NCBI GenBank assembly: GCA_903813345.2 | Contig: CAIIXF020000001.1 | Location: 22,382,001-22,446,000 of the forward strand | Direction of reading: 5' to 3' | Source: Owenia fusiformis | Taxonomy: Eukaryota | Length of the DNA stretch: 64,000 bases | Program-made: the position numbers and the translations under genes | Part shown: piece after piece, positions 14,101-29,100 of the stretch | Layout: every line of letters begins with the position of its first letter | Numbering within the stretch: position 1 is the stretch's first letter | The notes under the pieces: generated by a model | The model's database searches: none | The model's input: the letters and a program-made list of their open reading frames with translations, nothing else | Told to the model about the DNA's origin: nothing

Positions 14101-17100
14101 AATGTACAAAACATTATATGAGTACTACATTAGTACAACTGTACATACACAGTTATAAATAATCTTACATTATATAGTGCATGATTACTGTAAAACACAT
14201 TGAATTTGTGGGAGCAATTTTCACAGATTTATACATTTGTTTCTTTCGCACACTCATGTTTTCACAATTTTTCAAGTGCCTTGATTCCTGCCAAGAAACA
14301 ATTTTAAATTCTCGGCATCCTGAAATTATGATTTTACACTCACGGGAATATACATGAACTCAAGATGTCTGCAAATTTAATGTGAATTACAGTATGTGCT
14401 TAAAAATTGTGCTAAATCTACTCTACAGAAATAAATTATAAATATTACTTACAATTAATCATTTGGCATTTTAGAGGCATTGCCTTCATTGATGACATGT
14501 AGTTATACATACATGTATTATAAATATGTGTCACGATTACAAAATCAAAAATTATAGACATCAACCATATTCCATTCCTCGACACCCAGTAGAGACTAGA
14601 CTTCACACTCAGCGCGCAACCTTTGCAATCTTTTGTACAACACATTTACATTTAAAAAACAGATTTGCTTATTATACCAAAAACACACTCATATACTGAG
14701 TGCGAAACATTGTTTTCATTTCAAATACATTTACGAGACATCTGATTTCATCATCTATGTGAAGTTGCTGTTGATATGACCATCATCAATTGATTCAGGA
14801 AACTTAGAAATATTTTCATTTCATGATATTATTGTCAGATTCTTGTTCTCAATTGGATGACTCACATATCATGTTTACTTCTTTAAAGTAATGGTATTTA
14901 AATCTTTTGGAAAAATCCTGACCCATATCGGGAACCGAGAAAACTAGAAAAAATTATTAAAAATTATGATGTCATACTTTACAGGCAGCAAAAACTAAGA
15001 ACTTTTCGGGAATTATGACTAAGAAATTTTTGCCCTGTCTAACATAGAAATGTTATCGCAATATTCATACCACATCACAACATTCAGTTCTCACTGCAGC
15101 TTTGTCTTTTCTCCTCTACACTTTAAATAAATAGATAATTAAATTAAATAAATTAATATCAAACCTTCATCTTGCACTTTTGTGTTATATTCGATGATAA
15201 GTTTGATGACAATAATTGCCGTAGATCACATATTGCACAATATTTTTGTGACCCCTCCTTCACTTTAAGCAATTTCTTATTCACTTGTCATTCATAAAGT
15301 GAGCATTTTAGAATTCATTTGTGTTTGACATTGTCATTCTTAATTTTTGTCTGATTTAATAAACCATTGCACAAACCACACATTTGAATAATTAGGATTC
15401 AAAAATTCATTCCTTTCATTCGTTATACAAAACAATTCATTTGATTTGATTGTAAGGAATGGCCTTTTCCATATTTTCCTTTTGATATGGATGTTTGTAC
15501 TGCATATAGAATATGATTACTTATAGTCTATTTGAAATTACAAAGATAAACCTTGAATTTTGGTGATAATTTCAAGAGTTCGATTCCATACTTGGAGATC
15601 TTGGCATTTTGAAGTTTGTTCCTTTGTAGATAATCATAGATGGATTGATCACATCTTTTATGCAATTTGTACACTCATCAGCGACCTTATTCACGGCTAG
15701 TTGCACACAGCCATGGCAACCATTTGGGAAATAATTGAATTCTCTATGTATCTGGCATTTCTCAGCACCATCTGTACAGTAGTTGTAGATCTTTCTCAGA
15801 GTATCTTCCAAGTGTTCGGCTCTGGCTTTATATAGATGAGCCAGGGTTTCGGGGGTCAACATTGGGTACCCGGGGAGGTTCTCTAGTTGGCCGACGACTC
15901 TGTGTTTAAGGAGATTGATTGCATGTTGACGTAGATTGCTGAGGTTATAACGCTGAGCGAGAACGAGTGACTCTACTGAGGGATCCTGGGAGATTAGGAA
16001 TAACTCACATCGTTCTGTCACTTTTATTATTTGATACTCCTCAGCAAGCTGGAGAAGGTAGTATACATTTTCATCTGCAACAGAAGACAGATCTTATAGA
16101 TCACAGTATACTGTTCATATATAGTAGGCAAATGGCAAAGGTTTTAATACAAATATTCACCCTTGGTATACGCAGCTAACGAAAATTGACCGGTACGGGT
16201 CAAAAGCTGGATCGGTACGGGTTAACGGTTTTATTTGAATTTAAAACAGCCATAACTTGCTCAATATTAACTTCCTCGTGTCTAATTTGAAATATATGAT
16301 GCCTCCCGATGCTTTTAAGTACCACAATTTTTTACAGATTTTTAAACGGACCAAAACTCTCTAAGTGCGCATTTATGCTCTTTTCTCTCGAGAACGACTG
16401 TCTCATTTTCACGATAACTTTTATTTAGTACTTCTAACATATAAGATCTATTTTTCCCCATCAAGGTATGATGTAAATGACATGCTATTTACATCTTGTG
16501 AGTTTCGATGACGCGCGTTTGATTTTATAAAAAATGCCAAACTTTGTGACAAAGAATTTCATCCTGCTTGCAGCGAGAAGACGGACCGGTTCGGGGCAAT
16601 CTGCTTGTAGCGAGAAGACGGACCGGTTCGGGGCAATAGCTGATGCAATTCTTTGTCACAAAGTTTGGCATTTTTTATAAAATCAAACGCGCGTCATTGA
16701 AACTCACAAGATGTAAATAGCATGTCATTTACATCATACCTTGATGGGGAAAAATAGATCTTATATGTTAGAAGTACTAAATAAAAGTTATCGTGAAAAT
16801 GAGACAGTCGTTCTCGAGAGAAAAGAGCATAAATGCGCATTTAGAGAGTTTTGGTCCGTTTAAAAATCTGTAAAAAATTGGGGTACTCAAAAGCATCGGG
16901 AGGCATCATATATTTCAAATTAGACACGAGGAAGTCAATATTGAGCAAGTTATGGCTATTTTAAAAAATAATAAAACCGTTAACCCGTACCGGTCCAGCT
17001 TTTGACCCGTACCGGTCAATTTTCGTTAGCTGCGTATACCAAGGGTGATATTTGTGTAATTCAAAAATGTCATCGATAAATCATGTCTGAGATTAATAAT

Positions 17101-20100
17101 GTTTAATATTATCCAAATCTAAGATTGTTAAAATTGTGATGGATTTAATTTTTTACTTTGATTCAAAGAATTTTATTTTATATAAAATAATTAATTTTGT
17201 CTGATATATCCTACCCCCTCCCTTGTTTTTTAAGGAGAGGTGAATGGAAAACATCAGTGCTTGAAACTTACTATTAATTCCAGATGGGGCTAGAACCATT
17301 TAAAAATAACTTTTAATCATTTTTATATAATTTCAATAAACAGTATTAACCTCCCAATTTATTCAATTTCGTCACTCTCACACTCTGAATTTCTCAATTT
17401 ATGCTTGATTGATAAGTTAAAGGTGCAATATAACAAGTCCATACATAGCACTGGCCAATCTAGGTGGGGGGGGGGGCAGAAAAGAATTGTGGGCATTTCT
17501 TGGCCTCTTTTGGCCAAATTATAAAAAATTGGACTCAGTTTTTCAAAATATAGGCCCAAATTTGAGATTTAAGGGCCCAAAAAGTTATTCCTAATTTGAA
17601 ATTTGCTCCTCCCCCTTGTTAGCTTCCGGATCCGCCAGTGCATAGCATGGTTTTAAATACAAATTCTAACATGTATTGTGTGTTAAAATATCTACCTGTG
17701 ACAGGCTTCTGTGAAGAATATATGCAATGTAGTAACTCCCTAATCTGCTCCAAGTTTTTGTCAGTGAGAGCGAGGCGATATTTCTTCTTCTTGGGGGTAG
17801 TTCTGAAGTAGAAATTGTGGAATAGTTAAAGGCACTCAAATTTAAAGTTACTCAAGAATAAAGCCATTCACTCATAATAAATTAAAGAAAATGAAATACT
17901 TAAGGTTTTCAATACTAAATAAAGACATTCAATATTGAAGCCAGTCTGTCTTAAAGCCACTCAATCTTTAACCACCATTCAAAATTAGAATCATCTGTTT
18001 TTGAAGTCACTTAATATTAAAGCTTCGAGTTAACAAATCAATTTAATCATTAAGAAACTCAATGTTAAACGAATACATTTTAAATCAATTCAGTGTTTTA
18101 ATAAAATGTTAAAGGCACTTACTTTAAGAACATCTGTTTAAAGACAGGTGACCATTCTGCGAGATAAACTCTATGTACATGTAAATCTTGTCCCTCGACT
18201 ATTAACACAGCATCTGAAAACTCATCTGCTTTTGAGAAATCCTTCAATGGTGCGTCTATCTCTATTTCCATTGTCAGAGAGTGTTTAGACTCCATTAGGG
18301 AAGACTTAGAAGCCTTCAAGGCTTTGCTGATTCTGTTCATTGCCATCTCGTGACTTTCTTTCGCTTTTGTAAAATGTTTCGAAAGTGATTGTACCAAAGC
18401 AGAATATTTTTCACACATTTAAAGTCAGTATAGATGTTTGTTATCTTATGTGCTTGGTGGTCTCTAGTATTGTGTCCTTGTCTATCGATTGTTTTAGCAT
18501 TTCTTGTCCAGATGTGGATACTGAGATGTCTTCATTTAGTCTTTGTTCCAAAATGTTAATCTCATTCTCTGTAATTGAATTGCGTAGTTCTCAACAGCCA
18601 ATTAGCTTGTTGTAATCTAGTTCAAGTGATAGTTTTTATTACTCAGCGTTATATTTAGAGTGCTCTCTCAGCTGATTCGTGTGACAAATGTCTCCAATGG
18701 TCTCCAGTTATACACATTCCCAAATGGCTCAGATTAACTTTATAAATGTTTGTTTTCCATGGAAATAAGTGTCACCAAATATTGATGGTATGTTGTGGAA
18801 GTTGAGTGCAATCAGCTTTTAGATTCCTAGCTCTTCATGGCAATTTCTGAAAATGAAAAATGTGACAATATAAAGCAAGCGTCAGCATCTGGAAATATAT
18901 GCTGGGCTGTTAATGATACCATAATTATCTGATAAGTTCTTCTTACATAATATGATAATGAATTACATATGGTTTTCAGGGGTTTCATTAGCACCAAGCA
19001 ATAAACTATGGTTATTTTACCCAAATTACCAATTGTTTTGAATGATTTTGTAAATGTTTCCATGTTAAAATTATAATTTTCAATAATTATGCCTTTTCAT
19101 AAGTTTTTTTATGTTATCAAAATTTCTACCGAAACCCAGATAATTATCATTTTATAGTCAAACTTAGATCCTAAATTCTGGTATGGAAAATTCCAATTAC
19201 CAAGATTCTTTGAAATAACACAATGTCATTTCTTAAATGAAACAACGAGGACATTTTTCATGACAAAAATCAGTTTAACATGCTGCGCAATAAGTTCTTT
19301 GTTTCACCATTTATGACCCTAGCAACATTGTTTGATAGACTTAAACAAAGAAATCCATGCATGTTTCATCTTAATTAGTGGTCAGAGATAAGAAAACATG
19401 TCTAACCACTAGCCATCAATAAGAAATGAATATTAAATATGCCCCAAGATTTTATTCAGAATTACTTACTTTATGAAGATGTGCATTGTTTGTATCTTTA
19501 TCTATTTATCTATATCTATTTATTCCAGTGATCTCATCTAACTTAAAACACAGAACTCAAATGAAGTAATTGTATCCTGATCTGATAAGACCTTTGCTCC
19601 AATACGGCAACTTGTCTATTTGTATTCTATCTACACTTGAGTCAGACTTTTAAATCAATCGTAGTTAATTATAGCAATTTAAAGTTAGCGAACCTGCCTT
19701 GTACCATATGGGTTCACCCTCTAGCCAACATGTCACAGAATTACTCGCTAGAACTCATTGTAATCGATTTGACACCATAAAAGTAAATAAAATCATTTAA
19801 AAATATTCTGTGCTATCCTTTTAGAAATGAATAGGAATTAAAAATGACTCTTTTTAGAAATTTACTTAGAAAAATACAAAATTAATGCTATATGTACAGT
19901 TGTATGTGTTTCATGTATTTAGAAGCCTAGTAAAAGCAATCATATAACGTTAATCAATAAGTTGAAATTAATTTAAATGATGTTTTTTTCAATTTCAGAT
20001 TGCAATCAGAGAGTTGCAATTAGTTCATATATGGCCAATGTATGGTGAATATATAGGATTTAATTAATAATTACTTCATGATTATGTTAGAATCTCCTTT

Positions 20101-23100
20101 GTTGACATCAAGCAGCTGATCACGTTTAACGTTGGGAGAGTGCTGTAGGCAGGGACCATAGCACAAGTTACAAACTAGGGGAATTAGTTTTTTCACCTTA
20201 GGGAACTGTCGCATTACATGCTGAAACTAGTTATGGTTACTATGGTAACTCAATTTTTGCCTAGGTATGGCACTTATGGAAATGATAGCATAATTTTACA
20301 AACTAATACAATAATCTGGTATCTGATATAGTTATTTAAAATCAAAATATAAAATAGAGATATAGGATATACAGTATTGTCAGTAGAGTTGATGTGTGTT
20401 GATGTTGAGTTGAAGGGTATTAAGGTAGTTGGATCATTGGTGCTGATGCTTCACAAGTAGTGAGAATATAGCATGTTTGTTTAGATCTTCATGTATGTTT
20501 ATCTTCCAGCTTCAGGTAAATCATTATCACTTGGCACACCTGTCTCGTTAACCTGTTAATCACCTGCCCTATTGGCTGATAATTATATACATGCAGGTAT
20601 ACATTGTGTAGATTCACTTGTTACAACCTCTGTGATAAAGCAGGACTTATCTGAAGCGCACCCTCCACATCGTGTACCTCAGTCTTGCCTTAACCCCTTC
20701 TGACCCCCTCTTACTAGATCAGGGGAAGTAATGGGAGGGGGAGGGCAAAGATTTGAGTCAATACTCTGGATAGCTTTATAATTATGTTACATTGCCATAT
20801 AGCATATGAGTATATTACTTCTACATGTATGTATTTCTGCTAGGTGTGCTCTATTTATCATTGAATCATCCATGTGTTCCAGTTGATAAAAATAATTCTT
20901 TTTGCAGAAAACTCAAGGAAATGATCATTCAATGAAATAGACCTCAATCATTAATATATTCTGACTCTAGTTGTTGTCAACTCAAATTGTGGTTTTTCTT
21001 GGGGCACTGTCAACTTAACTCTACAATTAACATTGAAACAAAGAGTCATAGAGACATTAAAGACAATATTTGATGGATAGATGGTAGTTATTCAGCACAG
21101 CTAGAGGATATTCTACCAATATGAGTGACCCTTAAGGGTTTGATAGTTTCCTTATTTTCTTTGTGTGGTTAGCTGATAGTGAGGATCTAGGACTCTGTGG
21201 TTTTCATATTAGTCCGTATCATGTCATATAGTTTTTATATAGTTCATATGTGGTCACATCATGTATTATGTCTTTGATATAGATCATTCCTTTGTCACCT
21301 ACATATGTAGGCTAGTAGGCACTGGCACTTTATGCATTAAGAAATTAGCTTTACAAGAAGTGGAGACTTTTTGGACCAGTTGTAACCTGGCATGTAAGCA
21401 AGGCATGTTGGAGATAAATTTTTGGCAATATTGGTCACCATGACAATAGACTCGCATATAAGTGTGCAACCAAGTGGTTGCAAGTGTTTTAATCTGTTCA
21501 GTGATTGGTGTTTGGCATTTGTAACAAATGGCAGGTGGTGACATTTTGCATGTTAATACCTTGTTTTTCTTGGTCTCAGTTAAAATGGATGATTGTGAAT
21601 AATGTTGTAGTACAAGATTGTCACATTTAATATTGGTACTTGGCTATTTATTCATTTGTAAGGTTAAGGTTAACAGTGAATAAAGTGATGAAATGAAATT
21701 ATGATTTTTTGCTTTAATTCATGTCAAGTTGACAAAATCTCTTGGAATATTAAATTGGCTTGACAGGTGATGTGATTAATTAAATTATTTTGTGTTTAGA
21801 AATGATGAAATATTTACCAATGAAATGGAGTTTTTTATAAACATGTCAGATCAATCTGTACTACTTGAAACTATTCACTGGACCCTTTTATAGACTATTT
21901 CTATGAACTATGAAATATTACTAAAAAAATTGATTGTTATATAAAATGCCTACCAACCTGATAAATGTACCAGGTGACCATGCCAGTATTGGTTTTATTC
22001 TATTCCGTATTAAAGTTAAGTTTATTGGCCTAACAAAACATGTCTTACCAAATACAAGGTAACATTTATGTATGCATTATTAAGTATGAAATTGACCTTG
22101 ATATTAATTCATGATTATTGACTTTGACAATGCATGAGATTCAATGTTACTTAAGGTATGATAATGTACAAGTATAAAACAATGCCTTGAGGTATAATAT
22201 ACATGGAATGATATATAGGCTAAGTGTATTTTATATTTTCTAGTTCACCGACATCATTTTCATTGATAGAATTCATGTGTAACGCAATTTTCACAAATAT
22301 CAAAATCATATATATTAGTACAGCATACAATAATAAGGATATTTCCATTCTATGAATTATCATGATTTGATAGCTCATATAGCTCATTTTTTAGAGAATT
22401 GAGTAAGCCTGCTCAAAAATATGAATATATCTCCCTCCATGACAATAAAATATTTGATGAAATTACTAAATCAATGTGGAAGAATCGTATGAATACAATA
22501 GTGGCAGCAGTTCGTGTTACATTATAATAGTATATTTTAATCATAAGTGGTATAGGGAACAGCTGATCTTAATACTGATCAATTGCTTTTTTATTCCATC
22601 TGTGTTAAATATGGAATTTCCTAGCTGTATTGATTTTAGATTATGTGGTGAATCAACATGAAGAATACACAACAAAACCCTGGATTCTGATAGAGATGTT
22701 TGGTCTGGAAAAGTGTATCTTGTACTTTTATAGTGTCAAAAGATGTCTCTGGTGTTACATGAACCAATATATTTTTATCCTGAAATATATACGTTAACGA
22801 GTACATGTGTTATAGTAAACTTACAAGGGACCACATTTGTCTATTTACATCAACACGTTTGTAAAATAACCACTGTTCTACAGCTGGATAACTCTAACTG
22901 CAGTTAGCGTCATTCAAGATGGTGGTCAAAATTCTTTCATTTTCACTAAACCTCTAATTTCAGCTAAACTAAGTTGAATCTGAATTCCAAATGTTTTGTC
23001 ATGCAAACTAATGGAGTAATGATTGTAAACAGTCACAATAAAACGTTCAAACACTCGCGATATTGGAGAAAGGACGATTCTCGGTTTGGAGAACGAACTC

Positions 23101-26100
23101 AATCTAAATGAGCATTATCCCTGCTTCGGACAAATTTGATTTTTTTAAATAATATAGATTTGAATGTCTTCTTTTAAATAGTCATAATTTAATTTGGGTA
23201 ATATTTCTAGATTTTTCACAAAAAAATATTAGCATAGTGCACTGATGAACTTCTTTCCCTAAATCGAGACTTGTATTTTATTGAATCGGTCTAATTGAGC
23301 GTTATCCCTGCTTGTTATTTTACATCTTGTAGATTTAAATGTCCTCTTTTGAATATTCATAGTTTAATTATTGGGTAATATTTCTATATTTTTCATGAAA
23401 AAAATTATTAGCCCAGGAGACTGTTCTCCAAACCGAGAATCGTCCTTTAAAGGAAACGACCTAATTAATTTATAATACAGGTACAGTTTATTATTTTTAG
23501 TGCTAATTTTAGTGTTAATCTTACCCTTTGCATTCATTCAACTTTGCTTCTTAAAATAAAGTTTCATAGATTATAACTTGACTCTGCGCTCAGGGGAAGT
23601 TAATCTTTAAAATAAACCTGATATTGAAGTAAAGGAGGTTATTCTGCAAAGCTCTCTACTTATGAGAAAACTCTTTAAATTCTTATGCAGACCTCTCGTA
23701 TAAAAACCTTTTCTATGAAAACCTCTCCTCTGAAAACATCTATGAAAACCTCTCCTATGAAAACCTCTCTTCTGAAAACCTCTTCTATGAAAACCTCTCT
23801 TGTACAGTATATCTCTTCTATGAAAACCTCTATTGTACAGTATCTCTTCTATAGAAATCGCTCCTATTAAAACATCTTCTTTCAAAATCTCCCTTCGGAA
23901 AATCTCCCTCGTGAAAACCTTTCTTATGAAGCCCCTTATAGTTATCATTAGCAGCTTACCTATACTGTTGTATATACCAAAAGGAAGACTGCATACATAC
24001 TGATGCTCTAAGCTGACTATCTGTACCTGCATACCAGATTGTGTATAAAGTATAAGGTAGCATGCATCAGTAATCAATGAATCCTTTGTTAGCCAGCTTC
24101 TCTCAATCATAGGGATTTAAGCCTCTGTTTCTACCAATATGCAAGATTAATTAGTAATGCTCATATTGGAATTAATATTTCTTATTAACCTTTATTAACA
24201 TCTGTCGTGCGAATCACAGTTGATAAATGTAGTAGATGTAAGATGCTGGACCCTATTAGAGGTTAATTTGGATATTGAACATGATTATTGATGAAAATGC
24301 AATATTTAGTTTGTCTCTAAAGATTTATTTATAAAACTCTGCAGCTAATTTTTTGCTTTAACAATAATTTATTTTTGACAATATTGGAAGGAATAATGAT
24401 CTTATAAATTTGATCTCAATATTGGGAAACATTTATGAAGCATTGTTTCTGTGAATAATAAATGTAAAATTTAATGTTAAGAGATCAATGAGGTGTCGCT
24501 GACCTTATGTGTTTGTATACTTTTTAATAGGGAGTTTAAGCTAGCATATAAAATCGAATGCCAACCTGTACGTAAGACAAATCGTCCATTCAAATGCATC
24601 GCTTAAATATTTTCTGTTCACAGTAAGGTTGTGAAAAACATCCCAAGCTTAAGCTCCCTAATAACTGAATGTAACAGATGCATTGATATTTTTTCTCAAC
24701 TTTCCAAGCATTCATAATTACTACACGTGCATCAATATTGTCAGCATTCTCAAAATCAATACCCTAACCAATATGCAATACCCTAACCAATATGCATTGA
24801 ATACTTGCATTACATCGACTATTTAATGGTATGCTAGTATTATACAGGCCCGTAGACCCCCTCCCCCACCTGGCCAAAAATTCTTTCAAAATCATGCAGT
24901 TTTTCACTATTCTGAGCATTTCTTAGGTGATTTTGGCCATTTTTTGGAACAAAATCGTCAACAGCCTTATTCTGCTCATTAGACTCATTAGAAAGTCAGT
25001 TAAATTACAGTATTGTAGAGAGTATAGAATGTTTGAAGCAATCTTCAAATAGCATATAGCTCTGATTCTGCCCCTAAGATGCAGAAATGTCCAAATTCAT
25101 AAGTATAGAGTCATTTAGTTACTATGCTGTGTTAACTACTGTATAGTAGTTGTTAAAGTGAACTAAATCATGATGATGGTGAACTACCAGCAATGTAATG
25201 TGACTATGAAGATTCATATACATCTTCTGAAGTACTTGTATCAGTCATCACTATTTGTTAAACATTCAGACCCACCTATAATGTACTTATGTTAAACGGT
25301 CAAGTTTAAAAGCATCTATAAATAGTAAGGTATTTGGCAATTTCATAGCTTAGGATCTTATGTTGATAAAAAGGTCATTCAAACAATTTTAATTTAACTT
25401 TGACATTTTTTCTAAAATAACCAATTTGAATTAGAAAAGTTAACTTTTATCTTAGTTATTTGCTTGAATTGAATTTGTGTTGATGAAGTTGATTATTTAC
25501 AGCATTCAAAACAAATAATAACAGCCATGAGATCCCACCCGACTTCAGACATTTTACAGCTAAAATACTAGAAAAGGAGAATTTCCATTCAGCAAACTCA
25601 CCTCTATCTGTACCAGAATATATATATTGTTCAGTATACTATTAGTCATCTGTAATTCTGTTCAAGCACACATGTTTTAAGGTGACAAATAATGTCAAGT
25701 TCACCTTTACTCGACAGTGAATAAACTATATGTTCGTCTCTGTATTTACTGTATTCCCTATTTGTAGGTGACTTGTATTGACACGACATGCATCTTAGTG
25801 TCCGTTTGTGTTTCATTCAGTTCTTATCATTATGCTTTAAAAGATGGCAGACTTGTTCTGAAACCAGAATTCAGATTTCTATACATTAACCTCTTGACTA
25901 CCTGGAGTGACGAGATTTCTCGTCACCTCAGAGATGACCTTGAAACTGAGTAACAAGAAAATTTGTCACAAAAATTTTCACATAGAAATGCTCTGAACAG
26001 TTTTCATCCAATTTACACAAAAATTGTTTTAAAATCTGTAGAAGTGATCTCTGCTGTCTAATTCTACTATATAGTGAAATGTCAAAAGGTGGCAAAATGA

Positions 26101-29100
26101 AAAATTCTCTGGTTTCAACCGATTTTAGAGCCTGGGATACATGAGGTTAAGTGAACTTCTTCTAAATTATGAACTGATGAAAAGGATGTTTAAGTTCAAA
26201 CAAAATGAAAAATTAAGATTGGAAAGAAAATTGTTTCAAACCATCTTCAGAGACCTCTAGTGTTAAATTATGGAAGATCATTTTTTCATATTTCATTATC
26301 AATTTTATCATATTGGAACAATCTATGATAGAGTTTTACTAACCTTCTCCTTTACATAATTTGATTTAATAAACTATTTGAAAATTAACGTGCTATTAAT
26401 ACTTTGAATCAGCATTTAACTTCTATTTACAAGATCTTTTCTCCTTGATGTAGTAGGCTCATATGTTGACGGTAAACCAAAATAGTTTGATTCAGTAACA
26501 TCAGCAGGTGCCCTATTCCAAATCTGGTATGAAATGGGTGCTGCTGCACAGCCTGTCCAAACTCTTTCCAGTATACATATTTGTAGTACTCTTGTAAGAT
26601 CCAGTGTAGTATGCCAGGAAGGATTCCACCTTAAAGTGATACTCATCATTTTTGAACCAGACTGTTGAGTTCCTTGATGCAAGTGATAAGACCTTCTTAT
26701 ACTGTAGTTCACCTGTGACCCTCCTGAAACATTGGACAACTGGATTAGTATTGCATTAGTGTGTGTATGTTCTTCTGTACAGGATGGGGTAAAAAGTTAC
26801 TTTGTATTTATTAAGTTATTCCAAGTCCTTATTTTTTTGCTCTGATTCAAAGATAGATTCTTTCTTAACCCTTATCCTCCCAAAGCGCGGTCAGCTACAA
26901 CCCTATATAGATTCTCCACTCGTGAACAGAGATTCATGTTCGCGAACCACACACCTGATCGTGGTTCACGAGCACGGATCTCTGTGTGCGAGTGGAGAAA
27001 TATTTTCAGGAGCGAGAAAATGGTGGTGTGCGATTAAAGATTTTATATGCGCGATGTGAGAATTGTGGTTTGAGTGCAAGGAACGTAGTTCGCGAGATAG
27101 ATGATAGTCAAGTGGTGACATATTGTTATGGTCTCCAACTTTTTTGTGGATGGTGTTTGGTGGCTGATGTTCAGCATTTGGTGGTTAGTGTTCTAAATGG
27201 CAGGTGGTGACATTTTGCATGTTGATGCCTGGTGGAATATTAATTCACCCTTTCTTTATAATTTTCACAGCTTAGCAAATAATCATAGACCTCTCCATTC
27301 TCTTGACTAGTATGGGAGCAAAGGTCATTCCGTGTCCTTTTTAGAGGCGAGCTAAGCGACATATATTTTCATGAACTATACTTGATACTTACCAAGAAAA
27401 ATGATTGTGGCAATTCTGAATCTGCGACGGCGTTGCTATGGTAACCAAGTAAATATGCCACGCCCACTTTTAGGGGCTCTTTTCGGTGTATGGCCCCTAT
27501 CTCTGTCATTTTTGTTCAGATTTAGATGAAATTCACACCAAATGGAAGCTAATGGATAATGCAATCAGGAAATATTAAGTTGGCAATTCTGGATCCGATA
27601 TGGCGTTGCTATGGTAACAAAGTAAATATGCCACGCCCACTTTTCGGAGCTATTTTCAGTGTTTGGACCATAACTTAGTCATTATTGCTCAGATTAAGAT
27701 GAAATTTGCACCAAATGAAAGGTAATAGATAGAGCAATCGGACAGTGTTTAATATATGCAAATATGGTGATTTGCATATCAATTATGACGTCATAACTGT
27801 TTGTTCTTGCATATTTTATTTTAATCATAATGTATAGATCTGGTAAATTATTGTCTTTAAAATGGTCCGTATAATGTTTTTAACTAGTCTTGTTTATTTC
27901 TTTTAGTTAAGTTTATTAGTTTATTCCATTCACACATGTATGATCATAATAGTTGAATAAATATAATGGAAGTGTCCAATTTACACTGTTGCTTTGGTGA
28001 CAGCATGCAACAAAACCATCTGCTGTAAACAAGAATTCTTTAGGAAATGTTACATTTTGACCAGTTGACTGATATGTATTCTTTTTAAAATTTGATGACA
28101 GAAAATAATCTAATAACCATAGTTATTAAATTTGGATTGTGTTATATTATGATGTCATAATGGCAATTTTTAATTAGGGGCGCAGCCAGCTTTCAGTCAG
28201 ATGGGGGCCTGCGATCGTGGCACAGGCAACAAAAATGTATTTGAATTTTACAAAAATTGATCCAACTTCCTTCAAAATTTAGCAAAAAGCTTCAAGTCGA
28301 AAACCTTCTTTTATCTAATGGTTCTATTTTTATCGGATATGAGGGGGTAGGTGAACCCAGCGCACCCCCCTCCCCCCCCCTCTAAGCACTGCCTATGTTA
28401 ATCCAACTTGATGTTGCTATGGTAACCAGGTGAATTAGACAATACATGAATAATGTAGATTGGCTGACTGACATACTTAGTACCTGTCATGGTATCATAG
28501 CTGATTTTTGTGATTATTTTCTTGAAATAAGGTAAAATTGCTCAAAATGATTCCTCTGTAACAGACATTGGTACTAACTATCCCATTAATCGCCTAAAAC
28601 ACTTGACAAACAATTTACAAAACACAAATTGTAATGCTAAATATCAGAAATTCCCGGGATTTAATTGACAATTTCGCAAAGATTAGTTTTCGCTTTTTTA
28701 TCAAGCACGAAACTAAATTGCAGGCGAAAAATACCAGGAGTACAGTACCTGTTATGGTATCATAGCTGCTTTTTGTGATTATCTCTTGAAATAAGGTAAA
28801 ATTGCTCAAAATGATTCCAAATTGGAACCTTGTCCTTTGACATTCACCATAAAATGAGGTCAAAGCTGAAAACTATGATTGATTCCATTTCTTTACTAGT
28901 ATGGAGTATGGAAGCCCCTGATTTAAGATATGCTTTTGGTTTTGAAATCTGACATCCAACCATTCGGTTCAAAATTGGTACAGTTATGTCTACATGACCT
29001 AAAAGATGAAATAGGCTAAAGTATTGACCTATACCATAAAATGATATTATTTTTTTATAGATTGACTAAGAACATATTTCGGAGTTCAAAACCATTAGCA

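Noticed and set aside
23607-24110. 167-aa ORF with RGFHR repeats
   Set aside because: Product of a 15-bp minisatellite.
26416-26739. 107-aa minus-strand ORF
   Set aside because: Alternative frame over linker-like exon 6; the phase-compatible frame ends at TAG 26513-26515.
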